Assembly (NCBI GenBank): GCA_964445835.1
Contig: CAYUMN010000001.1
Coordinates: forward strand, 1 to 57,381
Direction: 5' to 3'
Length of the DNA: 57,381 nucleotides
Source of the DNA: an uncultured Gemmatimonas sp.
Lineage (GTDB): Bacteria > Gemmatimonadota > Gemmatimonadetes > Gemmatimonadales > Gemmatimonadaceae
The stretch's first letter is position 1; each line of letters begins with the position of its first letter. Positions 1 to 9,870 of this stretch are shown in pieces. The translations under genes were made by a program, and so were the position numbers. Below the pieces are notes generated by a model, which was not told the DNA's origin, did no database searches, and saw nothing but the letters and a program-made list of their open reading frames with translations.

Positions 1-670
<670 letters not shown>

Positions 671-696
671 TCACCGTCGAGCGCAACTAATCGTTG

Positions 697-2262
697 CTAG
701 AAGAGTTCGCGTGCGAGCCGCGCATCGTGCCCGTACAGATCGTCGCGTAGGTTGAGAATGCCGTCGGCGTCCACCCACGCGGTGAAGTAGACAAGCCAGA
801 CCGGCCGCGGCGTGGTGAGCCGGATCGGCGTTTCGCGCCCGCTGAGCATGCCCTCCGCGATGCGCGTCGTGGACCAGCTCGCGTCATCACGCAGGAGATA
901 CTCGGCGAGTTCGCGCGGACGACTGAGTCGAATACATCCATGGCTGAACGCGCGCTGTTCGCGCGCGAAGAGCGATTTGGCCGGCGTGTCGTGCATGTAG
1001 ATGCTGAAGCTGTTCGGGAACAGGAACTTCACGCGGCCCAAGGCATTGTTGGCGCCGGGGCGCTGACGGATCAGCGGGAGCGTCGCGGTGCCGCCAATGA
1101 TGTCCATCTGGTTGCGACGCAGGTAGTTCCGGTCGCGCCGCATCTTGGGAAGCATCTCACTCCGCACGATGCTCATTGGCACGGTCCACGTGGGGCTCAG
1201 CACCACGGTCGACAGGGTGGCCGTGAAGATCACCGTCTTCGTCGCCGCTTGCCCGACGACCACGGGCATTGTCATCACCTCGCGATTGCCCTCGTACACA
1301 TGGAGCTTGAACTCGGGGATGTTCACGACGAGCACGTTGGCCGGCTGCGTCTCGGGCAGCCAGCGCAACCGTTCCATGTTCACCAGCAACGTGCGCAACC
1401 GCGCCGCGGGCGTGACGTTGATGGCGCGGAGCACACCCGCGCCGATTACGCCATCGGCCGTGAGGCCATGGCGCCGCTGAAAGCGTTGCACGGCGAGGAC
1501 AAGGGTGCTGTCATACCGCGTCGATGTGCTCGCGAGCGCGCTGCCTGCGTGATCACCCAGGAGCTGCAGTCGCTCGCGGATTGCGAGGAGCACCCCGGCA
1601 CTGTCGCCGGGGTCAACGCGCCGCCGTCCGTCGGGGAGCGTGAGTGCGGGCCACGGGGTGTTCTCCTGCGCGCGCAACTGGGTGAGGGCGCCGCGCAGTC
1701 GTGTGTACTGCGGGTGGAGCGGCTCGTATCCCGCGAGATCGGCCGTGCGCGAAGCCAGGGAATCGAGCATCCGTCCGATATCCTTCTTCGCGCGCGGAAT
1801 GAACCAGTCGAGCTCCCGAAGGTCGCGCGAGAACTGGCCGCCATAGTTGCGTCCGGCGAAGCGAAAGAACTCAGCGGTGAGATGCAGTTCGGTGTCAGCG
1901 ATGCAACTGTCGCAGCCGATGTCGAGATGCAACGCCGTGCTGTCGGGCACCCCAGCGAGGGCGCGGAAGGCATCAGCCTGCGCAGTGAGAGAGTCGTCGA
2001 TGAACCAAGCGAACTGCTGGGCGCGTCGCGCGTAGAAGTCGGCAATCAGCGACGACTCTGCGCGGTACGTGGTGTGCTGTGCAAGGAAGCGCGCGAGGGC
2101 CGTCTCCTCCAGCTGGCGCGGTGTGTAGGGCACGGCGGTCTCGAACGCCCGGGCAATCTCAGCGGCGCGCTCCGCCCGCGCGGTGCGGGCGTTGCTTCCA
2201 CCGCAGGACGCAGACAGCACCACAAGCGCGATCACACACAGTGCATCGCGTAGGCGACGCAT
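697..2262 (-). CDS. Murein L,D-transpeptidase, YcbB/LdtD family, predicted lipoprotein
   Basis: Lipobox-like LSASC; peptidoglycan-binding segment (AVQRFQRRHGLTADGVIG); catalytic IYMHDTP...FSHGCIRL. Start moved to ATG 2262. Confidence 0.92.
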   Translation of the reverse strand: MRRLRDALCVIALVVLSASCGGSNARTARAERAAEIARAFETAVPYTPRQLEETALARFLAQHTTYRAESSLIADFYARRAQQFAWFIDDSLTAQADAFRALAGVPDSTALHLDIGCDSCIADTELHLTAEFFRFAGRNYGGQFSRDLRELDWFIPRAKKDIGRMLDSLASRTADLAGYEPLHPQYTRLRGALTQLRAQENTPWPALTLPDGRRRVDPGDSAGVLLAIRERLQLLGDHAGSALASTSTRYDSTLVLAVQRFQRRHGLTADGVIGAGVLRAINVTPAARLRTLLVNMERLRWLPETQPANVLVVNIPEFKLHVYEGNREVMTMPVVVGQAATKTVIFTATLSTVVLSPTWTVPMSIVRSEMLPKMRRDRNYLRRNQMDIIGGTATLPLIRQRPGANNALGRVKFLFPNSFSIYMHDTPAKSLFAREQRAFSHGCIRLSRPRELAEYLLRDDASWSTTRIAEGMLSGRETPIRLTTPRPVWLVYFTAWVDADGILNLRDDLYGHDARLARELF

Positions 2263-2299
2263 CACAGGACTCCAATGGCGAGGGACGGCCGCGCGGCCG

Positions 2300-2968
2300 T
2301 CACGCCCCGTGGATATACAGCAGGCCGCCGTCCGCCAGTGACTCAATAAGCGTCGCCATCACTGCTTGTGGCACGGCAGGGCAACCCCAGCTTCGACCGA
2401 GGCGTCCATGCCGCGCGACGAAGTCGGCGCTCACGTAGTCTGCTCCGTGTATAATGACCTCGCGCGCACGCGCCTGATCATTCAGGCCACGGTCGAGCCC
2501 TTCGAGCAAGAGCGCGGCACCATGCTTTGGGCTTCTGATGCGTGCGCCGACTCGGTACAGCCCGAGGCTCGTCTGGTGTGAGTTGTGACGATTGCTGAAG
2601 CGCTCGGCCATCAGTTCGCCCGATCCCTGTCCGTGCGCCACCCAGGTCCGAGTGAGCACCTCGCGCGTGTCGAGATTGACCACGACGAGCCGCTGTGCCG
2701 TGCTCGGCTGGCTCATGTCGGCGATGGCGAGGATCCCGCCAATCTCCCCAGCGCGCGCGATGCGTGCATAGGCGGCGTCAAAGACCGCGCGGTCAATCAC
2801 CCCGTCGAGCTTCATCGCCGAGAAGAGCGTCCCAGCGGGATCGGGCGCCGAGGTCCTCTCCGCCGAGCGGGCGGGGAGGAGTCCTGGCAGCGCTAGCGCC
2901 AGCGCAGTGAGAAGCGCGAGAGGCTGCGTGAGACCCAGGAAGAGGGGTCGAAGTCTGGTCCGGGGCAC
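2300..2968 (-). CDS. Murein L,D-transpeptidase catalytic domain family protein (YkuD_2)
   Basis: Motifs IADMSQPSTAQRL, VAHGQGSG, FSN..SHQTSLG, IIHGADYV, GRSWGCPAV; hydrophobic N-terminus. GTG 2968 chosen because TAGGTT lies 5 nt upstream. Confidence 0.88.
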   Translation of the reverse strand: MPRTRLRPLFLGLTQPLALLTALALALPGLLPARSAERTSAPDPAGTLFSAMKLDGVIDRAVFDAAYARIARAGEIGGILAIADMSQPSTAQRLVVVNLDTREVLTRTWVAHGQGSGELMAERFSNRHNSHQTSLGLYRVGARIRSPKHGAALLLEGLDRGLNDQARAREVIIHGADYVSADFVARHGRLGRSWGCPAVPQAVMATLIESLADGGLLYIHGA

Positions 2969-3082
2969 TCCCAAACCTAGGGGTTCCGGGTCCCCGGCGC
3001 TGTCAGGGAAGTTCCCCGCACGCGGGGTGGAGTGAAGGCCCAGAGCGGTCGACACTTAGGGTCCGAACCCCCATCCCCGCCC

Positions 3083-3946
3083 ATGCCGTACATCTTCCCC
3101 AGACTGCAGCAGATCATCAGCAGAGGGGAGGATTTGCCGACCTTGCCCACCATCGTGCTGCAGCTGCACCGGGTGCTCGACGATCCGCGTGCGGGGCCCG
3201 CGCGCGTGGCGCAGGTGATTGAGCAGGATCCCGCGCTCACGACTCGCCTCCTGCGTGTCGTGAACTCGGCGTTCTTTGCCGGCGGCGGCCCGCGACTTAC
3301 CTCCGTGCCGGCGGCGGTCGCAAAGCTTGGAATGAACCATATTCGTTCGACCTGCCTCGTGATGGCGGTGGTGAAAGCGTTCGGCAAACAATCGGGGCGG
3401 TTCGACCACGAGCAGTTCTGGGCGCACTCGGCAACGGTCGCCGAGCTCGCGAGCCGGCTGTGGGCCCGTGTCGGGGATGAGCGCACCGTGAGTTCGGACG
3501 ATGCCTATGTCGTGGGGTTGCTCCACGATGTCGGGTTGCTGGTGATCGATCAGCACTTCCCCGATGAACTGACGGAGCTGTTGCTCACACGCGATGACGA
3601 TAGCGCCCCGCTCGCGACGCTTGAGGAAGCCCAGATGGGAATCGATCATGGCGCGGTGGCGGGCCTCCTGCTTGGCCGCTGGTCGCTTCCACCGTTCGTG
3701 GCCGACGCGGTGACGCATCACAATCACCCGAAGGAAGCGCCCGCCGAGTTCAGGCAGCTGGCGATGGTGCTCGCCGCGGTCGAAGCGATGTGCTGGGAGA
3801 TGGATCTTGGGCTGCCGATTGAAGGACGGCCGGTGGAACCAGCGGCGGTGTGGCTGCGTGCGCTCGGGGTGCCCGCGCGCGAGGTGCGCGGCATCATCGC
3901 CGAGACGGAAGAGGTGCATTTTCAGGCGGCGGGGTTTCTCGCGTAG
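3083..3946 (+). CDS. Stand-alone HDOD domain signalling protein
   Basis: LPTLP, IEQDPALTTRLLRVVNSAFF, FWAHS, GLLHDVG, GIDHGAVAGLLLGRWSLP, HHNHP. Confidence 0.92.
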   Translation: MPYIFPRLQQIISRGEDLPTLPTIVLQLHRVLDDPRAGPARVAQVIEQDPALTTRLLRVVNSAFFAGGGPRLTSVPAAVAKLGMNHIRSTCLVMAVVKAFGKQSGRFDHEQFWAHSATVAELASRLWARVGDERTVSSDDAYVVGLLHDVGLLVIDQHFPDELTELLLTRDDDSAPLATLEEAQMGIDHGAVAGLLLGRWSLPPFVADAVTHHNHPKEAPAEFRQLAMVLAAVEAMCWEMDLGLPIEGRPVEPAAVWLRALGVPAREVRGIIAETEEVHFQAAGFLA

Positions 3947-4051
3947 GTGCGGGTGCCCTGTGTCGGTACCGACTGGTACCCGGGCTCGCGTGTGGAAGCG
4001 GACGCGGCCGTCGGCTGCAGCCCTCGCGTGTTGCATCGCGTGGTCCACCCG

Positions 4052-4792
4052 ATGAAGTTCCTCGATGTGACCACCACCACACACGACCTTCAGATCGAGC
4101 CGGAATCCGTTCGTGTGACGGCCTTCTTCGCTGCCACACAGGATGTGCTTGCCGCCCTCGGTGGCGGCGCGGAGTCGACCGCGACCTCGCAGGTGACGCG
4201 GTATCGCGGGGGCGCATGGGAGCGCATCACGCCGGAGGAGATCGATGGCGCCTTCCTCGCGTGCGTTGAGTTCGCGATGCGCGGGATTGTCGGGCGCTTC
4301 GTGTTCGGTGATCGCGAATCCTCGATGTCGCTGACACTCGCGCCGACACGCGCGCCGACACGCGCGCCGACACGCGCGCCGACACGCGCGCCCCGCACCG
4401 CCTATCATCTCGGCGAGTGGGTCGTGGCGCTCGGCTCGGAGTCCGCGCCGGACGCCACGTTCGCATGGCTCCTGACCGCGCGTCGTGTGCAGGAGGCGGT
4501 GGCGCGCTTTGGCACGCTGCTACTTTCGCACGTCGATCGTATTGCCGACGCGAAGTCCGAGACCTTGGCGCAGATGGATGCGGCGCGCCGGCTGCGTTTG
4601 GAGTCGGAGGCCGCGTACTGGCGCGCGCGCGATCAGGAACGCGACGAGTACGCCGCCGCCGCCGCGTTCCGCGAGGGGAACTGGCGGCGCGTGATCGAGA
4701 TTCTCTCGGCCTACGAAGCGCAGTTGAGCGCGGCGCAGACGATGAAGCTCACTCTGGCGCGGAAACGCGCGGGTGCGCTGCCAGAAAGCTGA
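4052..4792 (+). CDS. Hypothetical protein with internal (APTR)4 repeat and helical C-terminus
   Basis: Fills the gap between recognised genes with protein-like composition; no family recognised; start uncertain. Confidence 0.6.
   Translation: MKFLDVTTTTHDLQIEPESVRVTAFFAATQDVLAALGGGAESTATSQVTRYRGGAWERITPEEIDGAFLACVEFAMRGIVGRFVFGDRESSMSLTLAPTRAPTRAPTRAPTRAPRTAYHLGEWVVALGSESAPDATFAWLLTARRVQEAVARFGTLLLSHVDRIADAKSETLAQMDAARRLRLESEAAYWRARDQERDEYAAAAAFREGNWRRVIEILSAYEAQLSAAQTMKLTLARKRAGALPES
4340..4392. repeat. 12-bp tandem repeat (GCGCCGACACGC)x4 plus partial copy
   Basis: Read directly from the sequence; in frame, encodes APTR x4. Confidence 0.95.
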
Positions 4793-5690
4793 ACATCCGA
4801 GCGTTGAATGCCTGCGTCTGTTCGAGATGCGGGAGGTGCCCCGCGGAGTCGACGGCGAAGAACTCGGTGGCGGTGATCACGCGGGTGACATTCTCGGCAT
4901 CGCCGATCGGCAACGTGCGGTCCTGCTTGCCCCACACGAGGAGAACGGGGGTGCCCGCGTCGCGGATGCGCGCGTAGGTCGCGGGGAAGTTGACCTCCGA
5001 GAGAGCCAGCCGGGAGCGCCGGAGGGCTCGGCCGAAGCCACGGTACTGCATCTGCGGTTCGTAGCGTTCGGCCCACCCAGGAAACTGCTCCGGATGCAGG
5101 AAGTCGGTCGGCTGTCCGGCCGGCATCGCGGGCACCGCTTGCACCTGCCAGATGTAGGAACCGATGACTGGTGTCTTGAGGATCATCGGCACGTCGCTCG
5201 CCGTCGTGAGGGGATCAACGAGCACGAGCGTCCGCACGCGCTCGGGGTGCTCCGCGGCGAACTGTGCCGCGACGAATCCCCCGAACGAGAGGCCGAAGAG
5301 GTCGACGGGTTCGGTGATGCCGAGTGAGTCGAGGAGGCCGGTAAGTTGCGCCTCAAAGAACGGCCCATCGTATCCAGCGTCGGGACGGTCCGACCACCCG
5401 CGCCCGAAGAGGTCGTAGCGCACGACGCGATGTCCCGCGGCGGAAAGGGCGTAGAAGGTCGAATCCCAGATGTACGACGGCACGGAGAAGCCGTGGACGA
5501 GCACCGCGACACGTCCGGTATCGGGGCCGGCAATCTCATACTGCGTGACGCCGCTCTCCAGCGTGACCGATCGGCCCGGGGCACCGCGGCGCGCGGCCGC
5601 ATCAAGGGTGCGTCGCTCGGGATTCGCGTACACGTGATATCCGAGCGGCACGAGGACGAGAAAGGCAACGAATGCGAGGAGGCGACGCAT
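4749..5690 (-). CDS. Alpha/beta fold hydrolase with N-terminal membrane anchor or signal
   Basis: LVHGFS oxyanion motif, YDLFGRGWSD, GLSFGG nucleophile elbow, WGKQD, AGHLPHLE; N-terminal MRRLLAFVAFLVLVPLGY. Confidence 0.9.
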   Translation of the reverse strand: MRRLLAFVAFLVLVPLGYHVYANPERRTLDAAARRGAPGRSVTLESGVTQYEIAGPDTGRVAVLVHGFSVPSYIWDSTFYALSAAGHRVVRYDLFGRGWSDRPDAGYDGPFFEAQLTGLLDSLGITEPVDLFGLSFGGFVAAQFAAEHPERVRTLVLVDPLTTASDVPMILKTPVIGSYIWQVQAVPAMPAGQPTDFLHPEQFPGWAERYEPQMQYRGFGRALRRSRLALSEVNFPATYARIRDAGTPVLLVWGKQDRTLPIGDAENVTRVITATEFFAVDSAGHLPHLEQTQAFNARMFSFLAAHPRVSAPE

Positions 5691-5709
5691 GACTGGCGGG
5701 GTTCGGGAA

Positions 5710-7002
5710 TCAGCTCCCGAAGTGTACCACCGCTTGGCGCAACGCGTCGTGATGCGCGGCTTGCTCCGAGAGGGAAATGCCGCGCGCGATGCCGTCCCAT
5801 GCTTGCCGGACACTTGCCGCGCCAGCCGCGGGGCCATCGGGATGCCCAAAGACGCCGCGCCCAGGAACAAAGCCGAAGTCCACCGTGCCGAGGCGCTGAT
5901 AGATGCCCTCGAGCGTCCCGGCCCAATCGCTACCGCCGGGGACGGGAAGGGCGGGCGCGATCGTGCCCATGGGCTCTAGACATGCGCGCACGTTCTCGAG
6001 CACCTCCTGCTCGGACATCATCATACGCGCACCAAAGCCCGGCATGATCACGGCATCGCACCCGGCGAGTCGTTGCAGGCGCGTCATCACGCGCGAGTGC
6101 ACGCCGTAGTGCGGCAAGCGACTGAACGCGGCGATGAACGGAAAGTGCGCGAAGATCGGCACGCGCGCGTGTGCACGGAGGAGTCGCACGCCGCTGAGTC
6201 CCACGGGGAGGGCATTGATCAGGACCGCGTTCGCTCCCGCGTTCACCGCGATATCGTGCAGCGCAGTCAGTCGCGCCACCTCATCCGTCACATTCGCCAT
6301 GTACATCTTGGGCACACCGGTGGCACGCTCGGCGCGCACGCGCGCGGCGCCGAGCAATGCCGCGCGTTCCGCGAGAGGCGACCACGAGGTGTCGCCGAGC
6401 ATCTCATCGTCCTTGGCGATATCAAGACCGCCGAGCCAGGCCTGCTCACCGATCGCCGAGAAGGGCTCCGGTGCGAGTCCGATGTTGGGCTTGATGACGC
6501 CGAGGAAGATCGGGCGGTCGTAGGCGTTGAGCAGTCGCCGAATGCCCGCCACACCGAACTGTGGTCCGTCGAATTCCGCGAGAAACGATGCGGGGAAGCG
6601 GATGTCCTCGAGCCGAATGATCGGCACCCCAGGCACGAAGAAGACGCCTTCGCCCATCACGGCGGACATCAGGTTCGGAAGCCGCGGGCCGAAGTTCGCG
6701 TGTGGATGCGCGATGGTGACGTGCACGCGATGCACAGGGCCAAGCGGCGGCGCGGGGGGGTCGTACGAGAAGCCGGAGAGTGGCACGGCGTCGAAGGCGA
6801 CGACCTTGGCGGCGAACTGCGGGCGAAAGTCCTCGTCCACACCGACGCGCTTCCACTGTGCCGTGGACTGCTCGCTGCAGAGGTGCGCCGCCGCGAGCCG
6901 CGGATCGCCAGCGCACTCGAACGTGAAGTCGAGCTCGAGGTGCGCTTCGGGATCGAGCACCTCGCGCGTGGTGAAGAAGTGGGGGATGTCGTCGGCGTGC
7001 AT
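5710..7002 (-). CDS. RuBisCO-like protein (form IV, IV-Photo type)
   Basis: CSEQSTAQWKRVGVDEDFR, VIKPNIG, GGLDIAKDDEML, ANVTDEV, AHFPF, PVPGGSD, FVPGRGVFGHP. From memory these closely match the Chlorobaculum tepidum RLP. It lacks the KPKxG second Lys and HR pair of true RuBisCO. Confidence 0.93.
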   Translation of the reverse strand: MHADDIPHFFTTREVLDPEAHLELDFTFECAGDPRLAAAHLCSEQSTAQWKRVGVDEDFRPQFAAKVVAFDAVPLSGFSYDPPAPPLGPVHRVHVTIAHPHANFGPRLPNLMSAVMGEGVFFVPGVPIIRLEDIRFPASFLAEFDGPQFGVAGIRRLLNAYDRPIFLGVIKPNIGLAPEPFSAIGEQAWLGGLDIAKDDEMLGDTSWSPLAERAALLGAARVRAERATGVPKMYMANVTDEVARLTALHDIAVNAGANAVLINALPVGLSGVRLLRAHARVPIFAHFPFIAAFSRLPHYGVHSRVMTRLQRLAGCDAVIMPGFGARMMMSEQEVLENVRACLEPMGTIAPALPVPGGSDWAGTLEGIYQRLGTVDFGFVPGRGVFGHPDGPAAGAASVRQAWDGIARGISLSEQAAHHDALRQAVVHFGS

Positions 7003-7014
7003 GGTGGCCGCGGT

Positions 7015-7440
7015 TCAGGCGACGATCAACTGGAGCTGCACCTCGCGCGCCTCGCGCGGGCCATCGAGTTCCACAAGGAACAGCGCTTGCCAAGCGCCCA
7101 TCGCGAGTGCGCCGTCAACGACCGGAATGCTCTCGCTCGCCGGCATCAGGAGGCCGAGCAGATGACTGTGCGCGTTGGCGCGACCATCGACGGTGTCGAG
7201 GTTGTGGCGGTAGGTCGTGTCGGCAGGGGCGAGGTGCTCGAGGAAGCGCACCATGTCGCCCTGCAGTTCCGACTCCCGCTCGTTCCGCGTGATGCGCGCG
7301 GTGGTATGCGGCGAGGTGACGGTCAGCAGTCCCTCACGGACGCCGGCGGCGCGCACCCAGTCGCCGACCTGCTCGGTGAGGTCGATGAACTGAATGGGCG
7401 CGGTGGTCGCGAGCGTGAGCGTGTGACGGCGGACGGGCAT
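7015..7440 (-). CDS. yjbQ: YjbQ/UPF0047 family protein (secondary thiamine-phosphate synthase)
   Basis: PHTTARITRNE, YRHN, NAHSHL, MGAWQALFLVELDGPR. Confidence 0.9.
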   Translation of the reverse strand: MPVRRHTLTLATTAPIQFIDLTEQVGDWVRAAGVREGLLTVTSPHTTARITRNERESELQGDMVRFLEHLAPADTTYRHNLDTVDGRANAHSHLLGLLMPASESIPVVDGALAMGAWQALFLVELDGPREAREVQLQLIVA

Positions 7441-7459
7441 CGGTGTGAAGAAGGGGGAG

Positions 7460-7492
7460 GCCGACGCGAGCGGCAAGGGTGTTCGCGTCGGC
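7460..7492 (-). terminator. GC-rich hairpin between the amidohydrolase and yjbQ (possible weak terminator or processing site)
   Basis: Perfect 10-bp stem GCCGACGCGA/TCGCGTCGGC; followed on the minus strand by a pyrimidine tract (CTCCCCCTTCTT) but no true U-run. Confidence 0.4.
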
Positions 7493-7505
7493 GGTCGAGC
7501 GGGCG

Positions 7506-9032
7506 TCAGTCTGGGAAGCGACTGCGACCCCAGAACCCTTCCGGTGTGCGCAGCAGCGAGTCGAGTCCGGTGCGGCGTATCGCGGCATCGGCCTCGCGCT
7601 GTGCCGTTGTGAGCACCTCGGTCTCGTTCACCGAGAGCACCACGCGGTCGCGCATCAGCACGCGGCCGTTCACCAGCACCGTGGTGACATCGTTCCCGTT
7701 GGCGAAGTACGCCACGCGATACAGCGGCATGTTCATCGGCACCATGTGCGGCCGGAACCAGTCAATCAAGATGATATCGGCCTTTTTGCCGACCTCGAGC
7801 GAGCCGATCTCTTTTTCCATGCCGAGTGCACGTGCGGCATCGATCGTCACCATCTCCAGCACCTTCCCCGGGGGCAACACCTTCGTGTCGCGCCAGTAGA
7901 AGCGGTGATAGCGCATGGCCTGGAACATGTGACGGAACATGTCGTAGCTGCGATCAGGGGCGACGCCGTCGGAGCCGAGCATAACGGTGACGCCAGCGTC
8001 GAGCAGTTCGACCATCTGGAAGCGGCGACGCGTGGCCGCGTTGGCGCTCGGATTGTGCACGATCTTCGTGCCGGTTCTGACCAGAATCGCGATTTCCTCC
8101 GGCGTGAATTCGGTGGCGTGCGAGAGGATGGCGTCGGGGCCCAGGAGGCCGATCGAGTCGGCGAACTTCACGGTGTTCGTGGTGTGACCGTCCTGCGTGA
8201 AGAGGAGCTTGTAGCGGCGCGCGAGCTCACGCGTGGCCTGCGCCTGTTGAACCACCTCGTCCAGCGCGGCGCCGGAAAGCGGCGTCTCCTCCTGCCGATG
8301 CGTCGGAAACATCATCGCGATGTGCAGGCGGCCATCACCGGCGCCCTGCCACTTCTTGATGAGTTCCTCGGACACGGCCAGTTGCTGCGCAAAGCTCACC
8401 GCGACATCGGTGCTGGAGTCGCCGTTCCACTCGGTGTACGTCTTCGGGAAGGGCGGGCGACGCGGACCGACCGCAAGGATGTACCGGAGTCCCACCTCTT
8501 CGGTGGCCTGCATGTAGGCGTTGCCGTACTTCACATCGTCGGTGCGGGTGATCATGTCGCCGCCGCCGAAGTAGCTGAGCGCCGTCGTGACGCCAAAGCG
8601 CACGCGCTCGACGCCGGTGAGGAGCGCCTCGGCGCGCCAAAAGTCCACGGTGGAGCCGCGGGCGTAGATGGTCTCCGTGGCGGCATACCACTCGTCGGTA
8701 TCCATGCCCATGGACTTCACGAGGCCATGGCCGGCGTGGCCGTGGCCATCAATCAGGCCGGGCATGACGATCTTCTTGTCGGCGTCGATCGTTTCGCGGC
8801 CCTGGTACTTGGCCGTGATCTCGCTCGTGGAGCCAATGGCGACGATGCGATCGCCTGAAATAGCCACGGCGCCGTCCTCGAGGACGCGGCGTGTGGAGTC
8901 CATGGTGATCACCGTCCCGCCGGTGATGAGGATGTCGACTTGTTCGCGGTCGCCGGCGGTGCCGGAGCAGGCGGTGAGCATGGTCAGCGCGGTGGCGCAC
9001 GCGAGCAATGGGACGAGCAGAGAGTGGCGCAT
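7506..9032 (-). CDS. Metal-dependent amidohydrolase (MTA/SAH deaminase-AtzA-like), predicted lipoprotein
   Basis: MPGLIDGHGH, LSHAT, VHNPSAN, LGSDG, IGSLEVGKKADII; signal peptide ending LTAC. Confidence 0.85.
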   Translation of the reverse strand: MRHSLLVPLLACATALTMLTACSGTAGDREQVDILITGGTVITMDSTRRVLEDGAVAISGDRIVAIGSTSEITAKYQGRETIDADKKIVMPGLIDGHGHAGHGLVKSMGMDTDEWYAATETIYARGSTVDFWRAEALLTGVERVRFGVTTALSYFGGGDMITRTDDVKYGNAYMQATEEVGLRYILAVGPRRPPFPKTYTEWNGDSSTDVAVSFAQQLAVSEELIKKWQGAGDGRLHIAMMFPTHRQEETPLSGAALDEVVQQAQATRELARRYKLLFTQDGHTTNTVKFADSIGLLGPDAILSHATEFTPEEIAILVRTGTKIVHNPSANAATRRRFQMVELLDAGVTVMLGSDGVAPDRSYDMFRHMFQAMRYHRFYWRDTKVLPPGKVLEMVTIDAARALGMEKEIGSLEVGKKADIILIDWFRPHMVPMNMPLYRVAYFANGNDVTTVLVNGRVLMRDRVVLSVNETEVLTTAQREADAAIRRTGLDSLLRTPEGFWGRSRFPD

Positions 9033-9258
9033 GGAGAGGCGTGGGCGGAAAGGAGAGTGGGGTGGGAGACCCGCGAAACCCGAAAGGGAAACTTGTGCCA
9101 AACTCGCGGCGCCGGCGAGTCGTTGAGTTCAAACCCTCGAACGCACCCAGTTGTCTGATTGGCACAAGGTTGCCGACGCTGGACGTCACAATCGCGGCCA
9201 TATCCCCAATTCAAGACCAGGTCCCATGTCAAACGCCCGCTCGCCCTATTTTCTGCGT

Positions 9259-9828
9259 ATGCGCTGCGCCGTGACGGCACTGCGGCTCGCGGTACGCGCC
9301 GTGGCACTCGCCCCGGTAGTCGCCCCGGCACTCGCCGCGCAGTCCGCGGTCGCCGCGCCCACTGGGAGTGTGGAGAGTGCGCTCACCAGTGTGGCCACCG
9401 CTTCGGATCTTGATCGCCTCGTCGGCTCCGGGTGGACGGGAACACTCACGTATCGCGACTACACCACCGAGGCGCGCACCACGATCAAAGCGGCGCTGCT
9501 CTTCACGCGGTCCAGCACGGTGGGGGATGAAGCCGCGCGCTGGGACTTCCGCATTGCCTATGCCGACGAACCGCACGCGAACAGCGGGGAGATCGTCTCG
9601 CTCGCACCGGATGGCCGCTGGTTCCGCGGTGCCCGGGTCGTCGAGCGTACGGTACTCGCGAACGGCACCGTGCGCATCACGACGGAGCAGGAGGGACGGG
9701 ATAACGATCGGGCGGCCGCGATTCGACTGGTGTATACGATCGGCGAACGCAGTGCCTCGCTCCAGAAGCTGGTGCGCTACGAGGGCGGTGTGTATTTCGA
9801 GCGCCACATCTACGAGTGGACGCGCTGA
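9259..9828 (+). CDS. Hypothetical secreted beta-rich protein
   Basis: Signal-like N-terminus ending ALAAQ; WTGTLTYRDY and YADEPHAN segments. ATG 9259 is preceded by TATTTT-N6; alternative ATG at 9226. Confidence 0.7.
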   Translation: MRCAVTALRLAVRAVALAPVVAPALAAQSAVAAPTGSVESALTSVATASDLDRLVGSGWTGTLTYRDYTTEARTTIKAALLFTRSSTVGDEAARWDFRIAYADEPHANSGEIVSLAPDGRWFRGARVVERTVLANGTVRITTEQEGRDNDRAAAIRLVYTIGERSASLQKLVRYEGGVYFERHIYEWTR

Positions 9829-9870
9829 CCATTGGCCCTCGGGCCTTGCAGACGCCAACCGGCGGCGCGC

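Noticed and set aside
697-2968. Tandem L,D-transpeptidase pair as a novel system
   Set aside because: A YcbB-type plus YkuD_2-type gene pair is a familiar arrangement in Gram-negative bacteria.
4340-4392. CRISPR array or mobile-element ends
   Set aside because: The repeats are short, tandem and spacer-less; I recognised no cas, transposase or integrase gene anywhere in the window.
5710-7002. RuBisCO large subunit / Calvin cycle
   Set aside because: Active-site substitutions (KPN, HF) indicate form IV, and there is no small subunit or phosphoribulokinase nearby.
9070-9100. c-di-GMP-I riboswitch suggested by the GAAA-capped hairpin
   Set aside because: The conserved GGGACGCAAAGC segment and second stem are absent.
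9159-9174. Sigma-54 promoter TTGGCAC...TTGC
   Set aside because: GG-to-GC spacing is 9 nt rather than the required 10, and the mirror copy lacks the GC.
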